Under the pieces are notes generated by a model. The model saw only the letters and a list, made by a program, of their open reading frames with translations, did no database searches and had not been told where the DNA came from. A stretch of 64,000 nucleotides of DNA from Thermoanaerobaculia bacterium (lineage in GTDB: Bacteria > Acidobacteriota > Thermoanaerobaculia > Gp7-AA8). Position numbers and translations under genes: made by a program. The stretch spans positions 6,091-70,090 of the forward strand of contig JADGNY010000012.1 of NCBI GenBank assembly GCA_017883235.1, written 5' to 3'. Shown here one piece after another: positions 16,827 through 27,000 of the stretch (position 1 is its first letter; every line of letters starts with the position of its first letter).

Positions 16827-19800
16827 ATGGGTAACGAAAGCCATAGGGCCCGATTGGCCGTACTTCTGCTTGTGTTTGCGTCGTGCGCCCAGTCACCTGT
16901 GCCTGAGCGGTTGGCTGTAGAAGAGCCGACGATCATTGATCGAAGCCGGCCGCATCAGCAGATTGCGGAGCTTCCCGCGCTTGACGCGATGGCGGCCGTC
17001 GATGCTGTCTATCGCCTGCTGCCCGATCGGCGGGTGCTTCTCGCCGTGCGCGACATCTACGAGCTGCATACTGGACAGACGGCGAGCGTGGAGATCGATT
17101 TTCGCGGTGGCGGTTGGGAGCTTCATTGCGCCAACCGTCTGGTCGGACGCCTGACGGAATTGCCCCAGTTTGGAGAGGATCTGGCCTTGTTGTCGTCCTG
17201 GTCGCGCTCGCTCGCGCCGTCGCCGGCAACGCCCCCGCTTGCACCGGAAGTCAGCGCCGAGGCCGATCGACTGCAGGAGTCGTTTTCTCCGCCAGCCCTC
17301 ATTGCTGCGATGCGGTCGCTCTCACGGGCGGCGGGCAGCGGGCCGCTCGGAGCGGACGTTCTGCGTCGCGCGGCTCGCGTTGCCGTCGATCTGAATATTC
17401 AGATGACGGACACCTACGGCGTTGGCGACGCCGTCTCGGCACGCGCACTCGCGCTCCTTGCGATGGCTCGCGAGGCTGATCCGCAATTTGGTGCTGAGGA
17501 AGCCTCGCTGTTCGCGGATGAAATGGGCTATGCAACCGAGGCGCGGGAGATGGCGCTGCGACTGCCGGCCGATGCCGTGACGCGCATCGCTACCGGTATC
17601 ACGCCCGCTCGGGCAGACCTGTCGCCGGCGAGCGCGCGCCGCTCGTATCTTTCCGCGCGGCAACTCCTCATTCACGCCGGTGGTAACGAGCGCATTGAAT
17701 CCGTCGCGCCATACCTGGGCCGATTGCACGCCCGGGCGTTGCCATTGCTGTTGCGGAAGAGCGATTTCGAGAATGCCGTCGCCGCCGCGCACTGCGTTGA
17801 GGCGCTTGTCGTCGATGACGTGACGGGCGCCGGGTTCACGGATCGCATCGTGACGTTCGGCGGGACCGCGGAGTGGTTGGCAGAGGCCCAGGCAACGATT
17901 CCGGCGGCGAGGAGTGCGCCCGGAGCGCTGGCCGCGCAATATGAGTCGGCCCGCGCCAGGTACGCACGCGGCGCGGCGTCACGTCTTCTGGGAAGCGACG
18001 CCATTCTGAGTTTCTACGACGCTGTTTTCTATTCGGCCCTCGGCGCAGAGCTTGGCTTCTACAGTTCCAGTCTTGCCGACAGCAAAGCGACTAAAGATTT
18101 CGTCGGGTCGATCGGAACGACTACGTCTGAGCCGGGCAACGAGGTGCGATCGGCGATGCGCGCGGCTGCTGCCAATCATTTCGAAGGTGGCCGCGGTGTC
18201 GAGCCGCAGGCGATCATCGGCTGGAATCATCTCGGTGGTGCGATACGAGCGAATACGCTGCTGGATTTGACCTCGGCCCGTGGAATTGATCAAGGCGTTC
18301 GTAGTGCCGCGTTGACCTCGTTCGCGGCACTCGATGGGCGGCCGCAGCAGATGCTGAGCGCAGGCCGTGTCGCACTGGCGATCACCTCGGATCCCTTACG
18401 GCGGGACCGCTACATGCGGACCGCCTTTCAACGTTCGCCGAGCGTCGCCGATGAGGGCGTTCGTGCGTGGTACTACTACCTGAGTGGCGACGTCGCGGCG
18501 TTGCGCCTGCTCGCCACACAGGAAAACGCACGCCGGGCCGATCGCGCCGTGGCCACGGACTATCTCGGGAAGCTCGGCGACGATGCCTTCGCCGGCCGCA
18601 ATTTCGAATCGTTGCTCGCCGAATCGTACGAATACGTCTATCCGATTTATGCGGGATGGCTGAATCGCCGTCAGGCGTGGGCAGCGAAAGAACGAGCGGT
18701 GCGCCGGTGGCTGGCCAGCCATGCCGGGCAAAACGCCATCGAAGACGCGTATTACACATCCAGCCTTGCCGACGCGCTGGAGCACCAGGGACGCTACGAC
18801 GAAGCGTGGAAGATCGTGGAGCCGCTCATCGACGTCGGGAGCGCGAACATCATCGGAACGGCGGTTTCGCTGCTCCAACGCCGTGGCCAGATCGAGCGGG
18901 CCAATGCACTTGGACGGGCCATGATCGAGCGATACCCAAGTGCCTGGAGCCGTTCAGAATTTGCCGTAATCCTCTGGCGGGAGAAGCGCTGGCAGGAAGC
19001 AGCAGCGCTGTTCGATCCGAAAGTGGCGCGCTACTCGCGCTCGGAATGGACAGAACACGTGCCTGAGGACTTCGCAGACACGTTCGAAAAAAGCGATGCA
19101 GCTGCGGTCTCTTCCGCGATGGATGCATTCCTCGATGCCGGCATCGACCCTTCGGATCTGCTGGTGTCCATCCCCGAGGCTCTACGCAAACATGGCCGCG
19201 CCGATCTTGCCTTCGTTGCGGCGGAGCGTGCTTGTCTACGCCACCCTTTGACGCAGAAAGGTCCCGGCGCCGCCACCGAACACGTGCTCGCCTACAAGAT
19301 GCTCGCCGCGGCGAAAGGACCCGACGCGGCGATCGAATGGTTGCGGTCACGGACACCGGATGCCGCCGTTCTGCAACTGGTGGTGCAGATGTATCAGATG
19401 CGGCAGTACGCCGCTCTCTTTTCAGTAGCCAGTCCCAGGCCGGTGGCGGGGAAGAACATCGAACTACAGGTTTATCTCGCTGCGGCGCTGACGCAGTTGC
19501 GGGCTGCGCCGGATGATCCTCGGGTTGTGGCGTTGCGCCGCGAGGTCGCTGCCCAGCCGATTGATCCCAATTCGCTGCAGGGCATCACGCGCTACCTTCT
19601 GGGCATTAGCGACGAGAAGGCATTCATCGCCTGGGGACGATTGCCCAGCGGCCGCTATTCCGTCGAGTATTTCATCGGTCTCAAATCCGCGGCCGCAGGC
19701 GACTACGATCGGGCCCTGCGGGCGATCCTCGCTGCAACGTACGCCACGTACGGCTCGCCGCCGCAGGTTTGGGCGGACGGAATGTTGAGGACATGGGGCT

Positions 19801-19856
19801 GGGGCGATCAACACGGCACGTGGCCTGAAGTGGCGCGGCGCACAGCAAACGAGTGA
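16827..19856 (+). CDS. Large helical/TPR-like putative lipoprotein (about 1000 aa)
   Basis: LLLVFASC lipobox; LADALEHQGRYDEAWKI-type TPR segments. Confidence 0.65.
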   Translation: MGNESHRARLAVLLLVFASCAQSPVPERLAVEEPTIIDRSRPHQQIAELPALDAMAAVDAVYRLLPDRRVLLAVRDIYELHTGQTASVEIDFRGGGWELHCANRLVGRLTELPQFGEDLALLSSWSRSLAPSPATPPLAPEVSAEADRLQESFSPPALIAAMRSLSRAAGSGPLGADVLRRAARVAVDLNIQMTDTYGVGDAVSARALALLAMAREADPQFGAEEASLFADEMGYATEAREMALRLPADAVTRIATGITPARADLSPASARRSYLSARQLLIHAGGNERIESVAPYLGRLHARALPLLLRKSDFENAVAAAHCVEALVVDDVTGAGFTDRIVTFGGTAEWLAEAQATIPAARSAPGALAAQYESARARYARGAASRLLGSDAILSFYDAVFYSALGAELGFYSSSLADSKATKDFVGSIGTTTSEPGNEVRSAMRAAAANHFEGGRGVEPQAIIGWNHLGGAIRANTLLDLTSARGIDQGVRSAALTSFAALDGRPQQMLSAGRVALAITSDPLRRDRYMRTAFQRSPSVADEGVRAWYYYLSGDVAALRLLATQENARRADRAVATDYLGKLGDDAFAGRNFESLLAESYEYVYPIYAGWLNRRQAWAAKERAVRRWLASHAGQNAIEDAYYTSSLADALEHQGRYDEAWKIVEPLIDVGSANIIGTAVSLLQRRGQIERANALGRAMIERYPSAWSRSEFAVILWREKRWQEAAALFDPKVARYSRSEWTEHVPEDFADTFEKSDAAAVSSAMDAFLDAGIDPSDLLVSIPEALRKHGRADLAFVAAERACLRHPLTQKGPGAATEHVLAYKMLAAAKGPDAAIEWLRSRTPDAAVLQLVVQMYQMRQYAALFSVASPRPVAGKNIELQVYLAAALTQLRAAPDDPRVVALRREVAAQPIDPNSLQGITRYLLGISDEKAFIAWGRLPSGRYSVEYFIGLKSAAAGDYDRALRAILAATYATYGSPPQVWADGMLRTWGWGDQHGTWPEVARRTANE

Positions 19857-19888
19857 TCCGGTCGTATCGCGTGTGCCGTGGTTCCTGG

Positions 19889-20170
19889 GCTCCGCATAGC
19901 AGAAAGTTAGCTCCGCATAGCAGAAAGTTAGCTCCGCAGAGCAGAAAGTTTGCTCCGCATAGCAGAAAGTTAGCTTCGCATAGCAGAAAGTTAGCTTCGC
20001 ATAGCAGGAAGTTTGCTCCGCATAGCAGGAAGTCAGCTCCGTAGAGCAAAGGGTTTGATCCGCAGAATCAACGAGTTAGCTTTGCAGAGCAGAAGAACTG
20101 CTCTCGAGAAACGTGCAGGTTGTTTTCCGATGAGTCAAAGAACTGCTCTCGCGGGAATAAACGGCTGTCG
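19889..20170. repeat. Second copy of the composite repeat element (about 8 x 21-bp units plus a tail homologous to 9452-9569)
   Basis: GCTCCGCATAGCAGAAAGTTA units, one TTTGATCCG unit, then CGCAGAATCA...CCGATGAG...CGCGGGAATAAA.GGCTGTCG. Confidence 0.9.
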
Positions 20171-20251
20171 ATCCGAGAAGCGCCTGAGCTGCCCATGCTG
20201 TCGCCAGGAAGCGTCGACGCCGACGGCGATTCCGGCTTAATCTTTCCCGAG

Positions 20252-21583
20252 GTGACTCTGAGACAACTACGCTGGCTGGCGATCGCCGCACCGATGGTTG
20301 TCGTGGCGCTGCTCGAGCTCGCGCGCGTGACGACGATCGGGGTGACGTCGATCGGCAGCCGAATCGTGCTCGACGGGTTGGTCGCCGCCGCGCTGGTGAT
20401 CGTGAGCACCTACATGGTGCGCGCCGTCGGACGGATGCAGCATCGCCTGGAGCGGCACAACGAAGAGCTGCTGGCGCTGCACGGCGCGGGGCTCGACGTC
20501 ACCGCCGAGCTTTCCCTCGACGTCGTCCTGAATAAGGTGGTCCAGCGGGCGCGGGCGCTGGTCGGGTCGCGGTATGGCGCGCTGTCGGTCGTCAACGCTG
20601 ACGGCTCGATCCAGACCTTCATCACTGCAGGCGTCACACCCGAGGAACGCGCGCGCATCGGTCCGCCGCCGGTCGGTCATGGACTGCTCGGCGTCGTTCT
20701 CAATGAAGGCGAACGCCTGCGGTTGCCCGACATCGGTAAGGACCCGCGGTCGCACGGTTTCCCGCCGAACCATCCGGTGATGCATTCGCTGCTCGCCGTT
20801 CCAATCACCTGCAAGGGACCGTTCGTGGGGAACCTTTACCTCACCGAAAAGGAAGGGGGCGGAGAGTTCACGCCGGGCGACGAAGAGACGCTGGGACGCT
20901 TCGCCGTGCAGGCCGCCATCGCCATCGACAACGCCCACCTCCATCGCCAGGTCGCCGATCTCGCGGTGGCGCAAGAGCGATTGCGCATCGCCCACGAGAT
21001 GCACGACGGCATCGCCCAGGTTCTCGGATATGTGAACACGAAGGTCCAGGCGGCGATCGAGTATTTGCGCCGGGAGAAGACGGAGGAAGGGCTGGAGCAA
21101 CTGCGCGAGCTTGCCGCCGCCGCGCGTGAGGCCTACGGCGACGTCCGGGAGGCCATCGTCGATCTGCGCACGCTTCCGGGACCGGCGCGTGCCTTCGACG
21201 ACGTGTTGCGCGAGTACGTCGACCGCTGGAAAGAGCAGGCCGGGGTCGACGCACGGCTGGTCATCGACGGAGACCTGGTCATGCCCAACGGAATCGAGCT
21301 GCAGCTCGTCCGGATCATTCAGGAATCGCTTACCAACGTCCGCAAACATGCGAAAGCGACGATGGCGGCGATCGAAGTCCGCCGTCAAAACGGCAAGCTG
21401 CTCATCACCGTGAGCGATAACGGCGCCGGCTTTACCCAGGCCGGTCTCAGCCGGAGCGTGTTCCCCCGATTCGGCCTCTCGACGATGCGCGAGCGCGCCG
21501 AATCGATCGGCGGCACCTTCTCCATCGAGAGCGCACCGGGCGGAGGGACTGTGGTGAATGTCGAGGTGCCGTTGCCGGGGTGA
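20252..21583 (+). CDS. Membrane GAF sensor histidine kinase (HisKA_3, DosS/NarX-like)
   Basis: Two TM helices, GAF (GFPPNHPVMHSLLAVPI), ERLRIAHEMHD, QESLTNVRKHA, FGLSTMRERA. Confidence 0.9.
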   Translation: MTLRQLRWLAIAAPMVVVALLELARVTTIGVTSIGSRIVLDGLVAAALVIVSTYMVRAVGRMQHRLERHNEELLALHGAGLDVTAELSLDVVLNKVVQRARALVGSRYGALSVVNADGSIQTFITAGVTPEERARIGPPPVGHGLLGVVLNEGERLRLPDIGKDPRSHGFPPNHPVMHSLLAVPITCKGPFVGNLYLTEKEGGGEFTPGDEETLGRFAVQAAIAIDNAHLHRQVADLAVAQERLRIAHEMHDGIAQVLGYVNTKVQAAIEYLRREKTEEGLEQLRELAAAAREAYGDVREAIVDLRTLPGPARAFDDVLREYVDRWKEQAGVDARLVIDGDLVMPNGIELQLVRIIQESLTNVRKHAKATMAAIEVRRQNGKLLITVSDNGAGFTQAGLSRSVFPRFGLSTMRERAESIGGTFSIESAPGGGTVVNVEVPLPG

Positions 21584-21601
21584 GGAGCGGCGGCCTTCGG
21601 C

Positions 21602-21684
21602 GTTGTCGGTTATCGGTTTTCGGTTGTCCAGTACCGCCTTCTGCGTTTTAGCCTCCCGACAACCGACAACCGACAACCGACAAC
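21602..21684. repeat. Heptamer hairpin element (GGTTGTC)n/(GACAACC)n
   Basis: GTTGTCGGTTATCGGTTTTCGGTTGTC ... GACAACCGACAACCGACAACCGACAAC. Confidence 0.8.
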
Positions 21685-21723
21685 CCGCGCAACGCGCCCA
21701 GCCGTCTGCCCTACACTACCCCC

Positions 21724-22380
21724 GTGCGCATTCTCATCGCCGATGATCACGCCCTCTTTCGGGATGGCCTTCGCAGTCTGCTGCAGTCGCAGGGGCATGA
21801 AGTCGTCGGTGAGGCGCCGAACGGGAAAGCGGCGGTCGAGCTGGCGACGAGGCTTCGTCCCGATCTCGTCCTGATGGACATCTCCATGCCCGAGCTCGAC
21901 GGCGTTGCCGCGACGAAGGAGTTGACGGCGCACTTGCCCGACGTCAAGGTCGTCATCCTGACGGCATCGGAGCACAGCGAGACGCTCTTCGACGCCATCA
22001 AAGCGGGAGCGCAGGGCTATCTGCTCAAGAACCTCGAGGCCGAGGAGTTCTTTGCGCTGCTCGAGCGCGCCGGCCACGGCGAGCCGGCGCTGACACCGGC
22101 ACTCGCGCGCAAGCTCCTGCAGGAGTTTGCGAAACCTGTTGCACACGAGAGCGCGTCCAACGTCCCGGACTCACTCACCGATCGCGAACGCGAAGTCCTC
22201 GAGCTGATGGTCGAAGGCGTCACCGCGAACCGCAAGATGGCCAAGCGCCTCGGCGTCAGCGAGAACACGGTGAAGTTCCACGTCCGCAACATCCTCGACA
22301 AGCTGAGGCTCAACAACCGCGCCCAGGCCGTCGGCTACGCCATGCGGCACAACATCGTCGACCGGGAAGGCGGAACGTAG
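21724..22380 (+). CDS. NarL/LuxR family response regulator
   Basis: ILIADDH, LMDISMP, LTDREREVL...TVKFHVRNILDKL. Confidence 0.95.
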   Translation: MRILIADDHALFRDGLRSLLQSQGHEVVGEAPNGKAAVELATRLRPDLVLMDISMPELDGVAATKELTAHLPDVKVVILTASEHSETLFDAIKAGAQGYLLKNLEAEEFFALLERAGHGEPALTPALARKLLQEFAKPVAHESASNVPDSLTDREREVLELMVEGVTANRKMAKRLGVSENTVKFHVRNILDKLRLNNRAQAVGYAMRHNIVDREGGT

Positions 22381-22452
22381 GGTCTCGAAGGTTGCGCGGT
22401 CACCGGCAAGCTGGATTCACCGCGAGACCGCACAACTTCGAGACCGCGACTG

Positions 22453-22767
22453 TCAGCGCGTCTGCGGCGACGCCATCGTTACGCTTGCGGCGGTCTTGCC
22501 TTCCCTATTCATCTTCACCACAACGCGCGAACCGACGGCAAACTCGTTCTTCTTCGCCGCGTGGCCTTTGGCATCCAGCCAGCTCGTCTTCTCCGTTGTA
22601 TCGATCGTGAGGTCCTTGCCATCCGAGGTCTCCATCATGAACTGCGTACCGGTGTGCAGCATCGTGACGGTGCCCATGTAGGTGTGGATGTGACCAGCGT
22701 GCGCGAAGACGTTTGCAACGGTAAACGTTACGGTAAGGAAGAGGAACAGCGAGATCATTTTCTTCAT
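22453..22767 (-). CDS. Small secreted OB-fold-like protein with N-terminal His cluster (possible metal binding)
   Basis: Signal peptide VFA-HAGHIH; GTV...VGSRVVV; AAGGA RBS. Confidence 0.65.
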   Translation of the reverse strand: MKKMISLFLFLTVTFTVANVFAHAGHIHTYMGTVTMLHTGTQFMMETSDGKDLTIDTTEKTSWLDAKGHAAKKNEFAVGSRVVVKMNREGKTAASVTMASPQTR

Positions 22768-22781
22768 GGCATTAGTCCTTT

Positions 22782-23417
22782 CTAGGGGTGATGGTGTGAA
22801 TGAGTGGCCGGCGGTGGAGCCTCGTTGCCGCCGGCGAGGAACGCGGCTTCGGACTGCATCTGCTGCCATTCGTCGGGTGTCTTCGGGTTGAGCTTCTCCA
22901 TTTCCGCCAGCTCCTCGGGGGTGAGCTTTGGCAAGTGCCGGACCAAGTGGACGAGCTTCCAGTTGTCGGCGTCGTCATGGCCCGCGGGATCGCCCCACGC
23001 CGGCATACCGGTGAGCCGCACGCCGTTCTTGATGATCGAGAACAGCTCGCCATCGGTGAGCTCCTGGGTACGCGGCTGCCGCATGTCGGGTGTCTTCGGA
23101 TAGAGGCCTCGTCCGATTTCGGTATTGCCGCTGCCGTCGTTGGCGTGGCATGTGGCGCAGTGGTCGGCCCAATGCGCGCGCGCCTCGGCAAGAACGCCGC
23201 TGCTGAGCGGAACCGGATTGCGAGCGTCGTGCATGAATGAAGGCGTGGCCAGGTGCCGCACCCCGCGAGCGATCGCGGTCTCGAGGAGCGTCGGCTCCGC
23301 GCGTGCGCTCAGCCCACGGCGAAGGATCAATGCGAGAGCGATGCCGATGACGAGGACCCCCGCGGCGATCATCGCCGCGAGCACTTTTCCGGTGGTGTGC
23401 CAGTGTTGCTGCGCCAC
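22782..23417 (-). CDS. Membrane-anchored c-type cytochrome with His-rich tail
   Basis: CATCH heme motif, GVRLTGMPAWG axial Met, C-terminal HSHHHP. Confidence 0.85.
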   Translation of the reverse strand: MAQQHWHTTGKVLAAMIAAGVLVIGIALALILRRGLSARAEPTLLETAIARGVRHLATPSFMHDARNPVPLSSGVLAEARAHWADHCATCHANDGSGNTEIGRGLYPKTPDMRQPRTQELTDGELFSIIKNGVRLTGMPAWGDPAGHDDADNWKLVHLVRHLPKLTPEELAEMEKLNPKTPDEWQQMQSEAAFLAGGNEAPPPATHSHHHP

Positions 23418-23558
23418 GATCTCACCTCACATGTGCATCGAATGCATGTCCGCACCGATACCACGCAAACGGATGAATAGATAAAACGTGATTCCTCACA
23501 GAGTCGGACGATCGCGAACCCTTGCATGACGGCCGCCATTCCAAATTGAAGGCCGCGA

Positions 23559-23586
23559 TTGACATCCGCACGCGAAGACATACACT
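23559..23586 (+). promoter_or_regulatory. Sigma70-type promoter upstream of the riboswitch
   Basis: TTGACA-16 bp-TACACT. Confidence 0.65.
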
Positions 23587-23611
23587 CTCAGGTGCCGCCT
23601 ACGCGTGGCGG

Positions 23612-23750
23612 CTTGCCGGCCTAATCCTCGGCGCCGAGGAACGGGGGAACCAATTGAGCGACGGCTTGCCACCGTCCGGGGTGAATCCAGCCAGAAGCTG
23701 GTAGGGCTTCCAGTCCGAATCCGACAGCTAACCTCGTAGGCAGCCGGAAG
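23612..23750 (+). ncRNA. Cyclic di-AMP (ydaO/yuaA-class) riboswitch
   Basis: Blocks AATCC...GGAACGGGGGAACC...GGGGTGAATC...GTAGGG...CCGAATCCGACAGCTAACCTCGTAGGC, closed by CTTGCCGGC/GCCGGAAG. Confidence 0.85.
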
Positions 23751-23759
23751 GCAGGCCTC

Positions 23760-23795
23760 AAACGCCGCGAAGCAATTCGCGGCGTTTGTCATTTT
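23760..23795 (+). terminator. Intrinsic terminator (riboswitch expression platform)
   Basis: AAACGCCGCGAA-GCAA-TTCGCGGCGTTT followed by GTCATTTT. Confidence 0.75.
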
Positions 23796-24060
23796 CTGAC
23801 GCCTAAAAACTTCTGTTTTGAATTCACAGAAAGTTTGCTAAGCTACCGCAACATTCAGCACCGATGGATTCACGCGGATTCGAAAAACAGTACGCCTTTG
23901 AACGTCTGGTTGAATCCAGCAGCGTCCAGCGGTGTGCTCCGCTGGGCACAACTCATTGAATGCAAAAGGTTTGTCTGATTGCTGGCATTCGGCCAACGAT
24001 CTGCACAAGGGTAGAAGCTGACAGGGTCTCAACGGACAGGATTCAACGAAAGGAGCCGAA

Positions 24061-27000
24061 ATGCAACGATACTCATCCCTCGGGTTTCGAGCGGCCACGA
24101 TCGCCGCGATGGTGCTTATCGCCTTACTTGCCGTAAGCGCATATGCACAGATTCAATCGGGAAACATCTACGGCAAGGCACAGGCCAAGGACGGATCAGC
24201 GCTTCCGGGCGTGACCGTAACTTTGACCGGCGTCGGCGCACCGCAGACGGTGGTTACCGACGCAGCGGGCAACTTCCGATTCCTCAATCTCTCGCCTGGG
24301 TCGTACGGACTCAAGGCGGAGCTGGCGGGATTCGGAACGTCGACCCGTACGGGCATCACCGTCAACCTCGGACGTAACGCCGACGTGACGATGACGCTCA
24401 ATCCGTCGGCGGCGGAATCGATCGTCGTCACGGCTGAAGCGCCGCTGCTCGACGTTCGCAAGACCGGCACGGGCGCCGACATCTCCAAGGTCGAGCTCGA
24501 GAATGTGCCGTCGGCGCGCGACCCGTGGGTCATCCTCCAGCAGACCCCCGGCGTCACGATCGACCGCAACAACGTCGGCGGAAACGAGTCCGGCCAGCAG
24601 TCGGTCTACGCATCGAAGGGTACCCAGGGCACGCAGTCGACCTGGAACGTCGATGGTGTGAACATCACCGACTTCGCCGCGACCGGCTCCTCGCCGTCGT
24701 ATTACGACTTCGACGCCTTCGAAGAAATGCAGATCACGACCGGCGGCACCGACCCGCGCATCATGACCCCGGGTGTGCAGCTCAACATGGTCACCAAGCG
24801 CGGAACGAATGACTTCAAGGGCTCGGCTCACGGATTCCATACCAGCCAGAGCTATCAGGCCACTCCGCAGATCCCGGCGGAAGCGACGAGCTACCTGGCC
24901 GCCATCAATCAGATCGACAAAATCAATGACGACGGCGGCGAAATCGGCGGCCCGATCATCAAGGACCGTCTCTGGTTCTGGGGCGCGTACGGGAAACAGG
25001 ACATCAACATCCTGACGGCTACGCTCCTCAATCCCAAAGACCCGACTTCGCGGTTCCACGACACGACCCAGCTCAAGAACGAAAACCTGAAGGTCAACGC
25101 GCAGCCCACTGCCTCGAACAGCCTGACGCTGGTCGATCAGTACGGCGCGAAGATCAAATTCGGACGGAACGTCAGCACCACGCGTTTCCCGGAGACCAGC
25201 TGGAACCAGAACGACACGTACGCCAAGGGCACCGGCAGCCTCACCGATCCGACCCTCTGGAAGATCGAAGATACGCAGATCATCAATCAGAACCTCTACC
25301 TCACCGGTCTCTACTCGAAGGTGCAGGGCGGCTTTCAGCTCATCGCCGACAACGGCAAGGGCTGCGCGACTTTCGCGTGCGGCATCGACTCCCTTCCGGC
25401 CTTTCGCGACAAAACTGTCGGCGGCGACGGTGCATGGCACCGCTCCTTCTATTCGGTCACGAGCCTGCGCCCGCAGAAGCAGACCCGCCTGGACGGTTCC
25501 GCGTTCGTCAACACCGGGAAGTTCAGCCATGAGCTGAAGTTCGGTTACGGTTATCGCGTTGCGGACGTGACCTCGCGCACCGCGTGGCCGGGTGGTGAAT
25601 ATACCTATAACTACGGCACCGGCTTTGGCGATGGTCATGACACAGGCCTGGTGGCTTTCCCGCGCTTCCCGAGCCTTACCTACTCTTCCAAATCGACCGA
25701 TATGTATGTCGGCGACACGATCATGCTCGGCAACCTTACGCTGCAAGGAGCTCTTCGCTACGACCAGCAGAAGGGCGTCGTCTCCGCCGGAACCGCCGCA
25801 GCCAATCCCGTCGTTCCTGAGCTTCTCCCGGCCGAGACGTTCTCAGGCGAGTCGGGTCTGAAGTTCAACAACATCTCTCCGCGTCTCGGTCTGACCTATG
25901 CGTTGGGTGCCGATCGCAAGACTCTGCTGCGAGCGTCGTACAGCCGGTACGTCAGTCAGTTGACCAGCAATGCCGTGAACCCGGTATCCCCCGGCGCGAC
26001 GTCGTACATTTACTACTACTACAATGATCTGAACCACAACAACGCCGCGGAACGGAACGAGATCGACTTCGCCTACGGCAACATCGGCCACTCAGGATTT
26101 GACCCCACCCATCCGACCCTTTCGACGCAGTTCACGCGTTGGGCGAGCAATCTCAAGGCCCCGTACACCGACGAGATCATCCTCGGCGGCGAGCGCGAGC
26201 TGATGAGCGACTTCAGCGTCGGCATCAACGGCACGTATCGCAAACTCGATAACTTCATCAGCACCGTCGGCGAGCACACGCAGGGCGCGGGCGACTTCTA
26301 CAGCCCGTCCGACTATGTTCTTCACGCACCCGTCACCGCCACGCTGCCGAACGGCTCGACGGTGTCACTCCCGTACTACCAGTTGAAGCCCGGCGTTTCG
26401 GTTCCCGTCTTCAGCGTCATTCGCAACACGCCGGACTACTACCAGACTTACAAGGGACTCGAGTTCACCGCGACCAAGCGGCTGTCGCATCGCTGGATGA
26501 TGCGCGGGAACCTCACCCTGCAGGACTGGAAGCAGCACGTCGGTCCCGGCGCGATCGTCGATCCGACAGTTACGCGCACATGCGGCGTCTGCAACAATTC
26601 CGAGGTCATCTTCCAGAGCACCGGCAGCGGAGCGAAGGGCAACGTCTACATCAACTCGAAGTGGACTGCTGACCTGACTGGCACGTATCAGATCCCCGTC
26701 ATCGAGACGTCGTTCGGATTCAACGTCAACTCCCGTCAGGGCTACTCACTGCCGTATGTGTTTCTCGTGAAAGGCGCTCCGGGCTCTGGTGAGGGCAACA
26801 AGTCCCTTCTGGCGCCGAGCGCCGTCGACACCTTCAGGGACCCCACGGTCACTGAAGTTGACCTGCGCATTGCCAAAGAGATTCGCTTCCAGAGGGTCGG
26901 CCTGACGCTCTCGCTCGATGGATTCAACATGTTGAACTCCAACACCATCCTGCAGCGCAACGTGGCACAGCTCAACTCGTCTGCCAGCAACGCGAATCCG

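Noticed and set aside
9570-19888. Prophage, integron or transposon identity for the accessory block
   Set aside because: No integrase, transposase, phage structural genes or convincing attC sites
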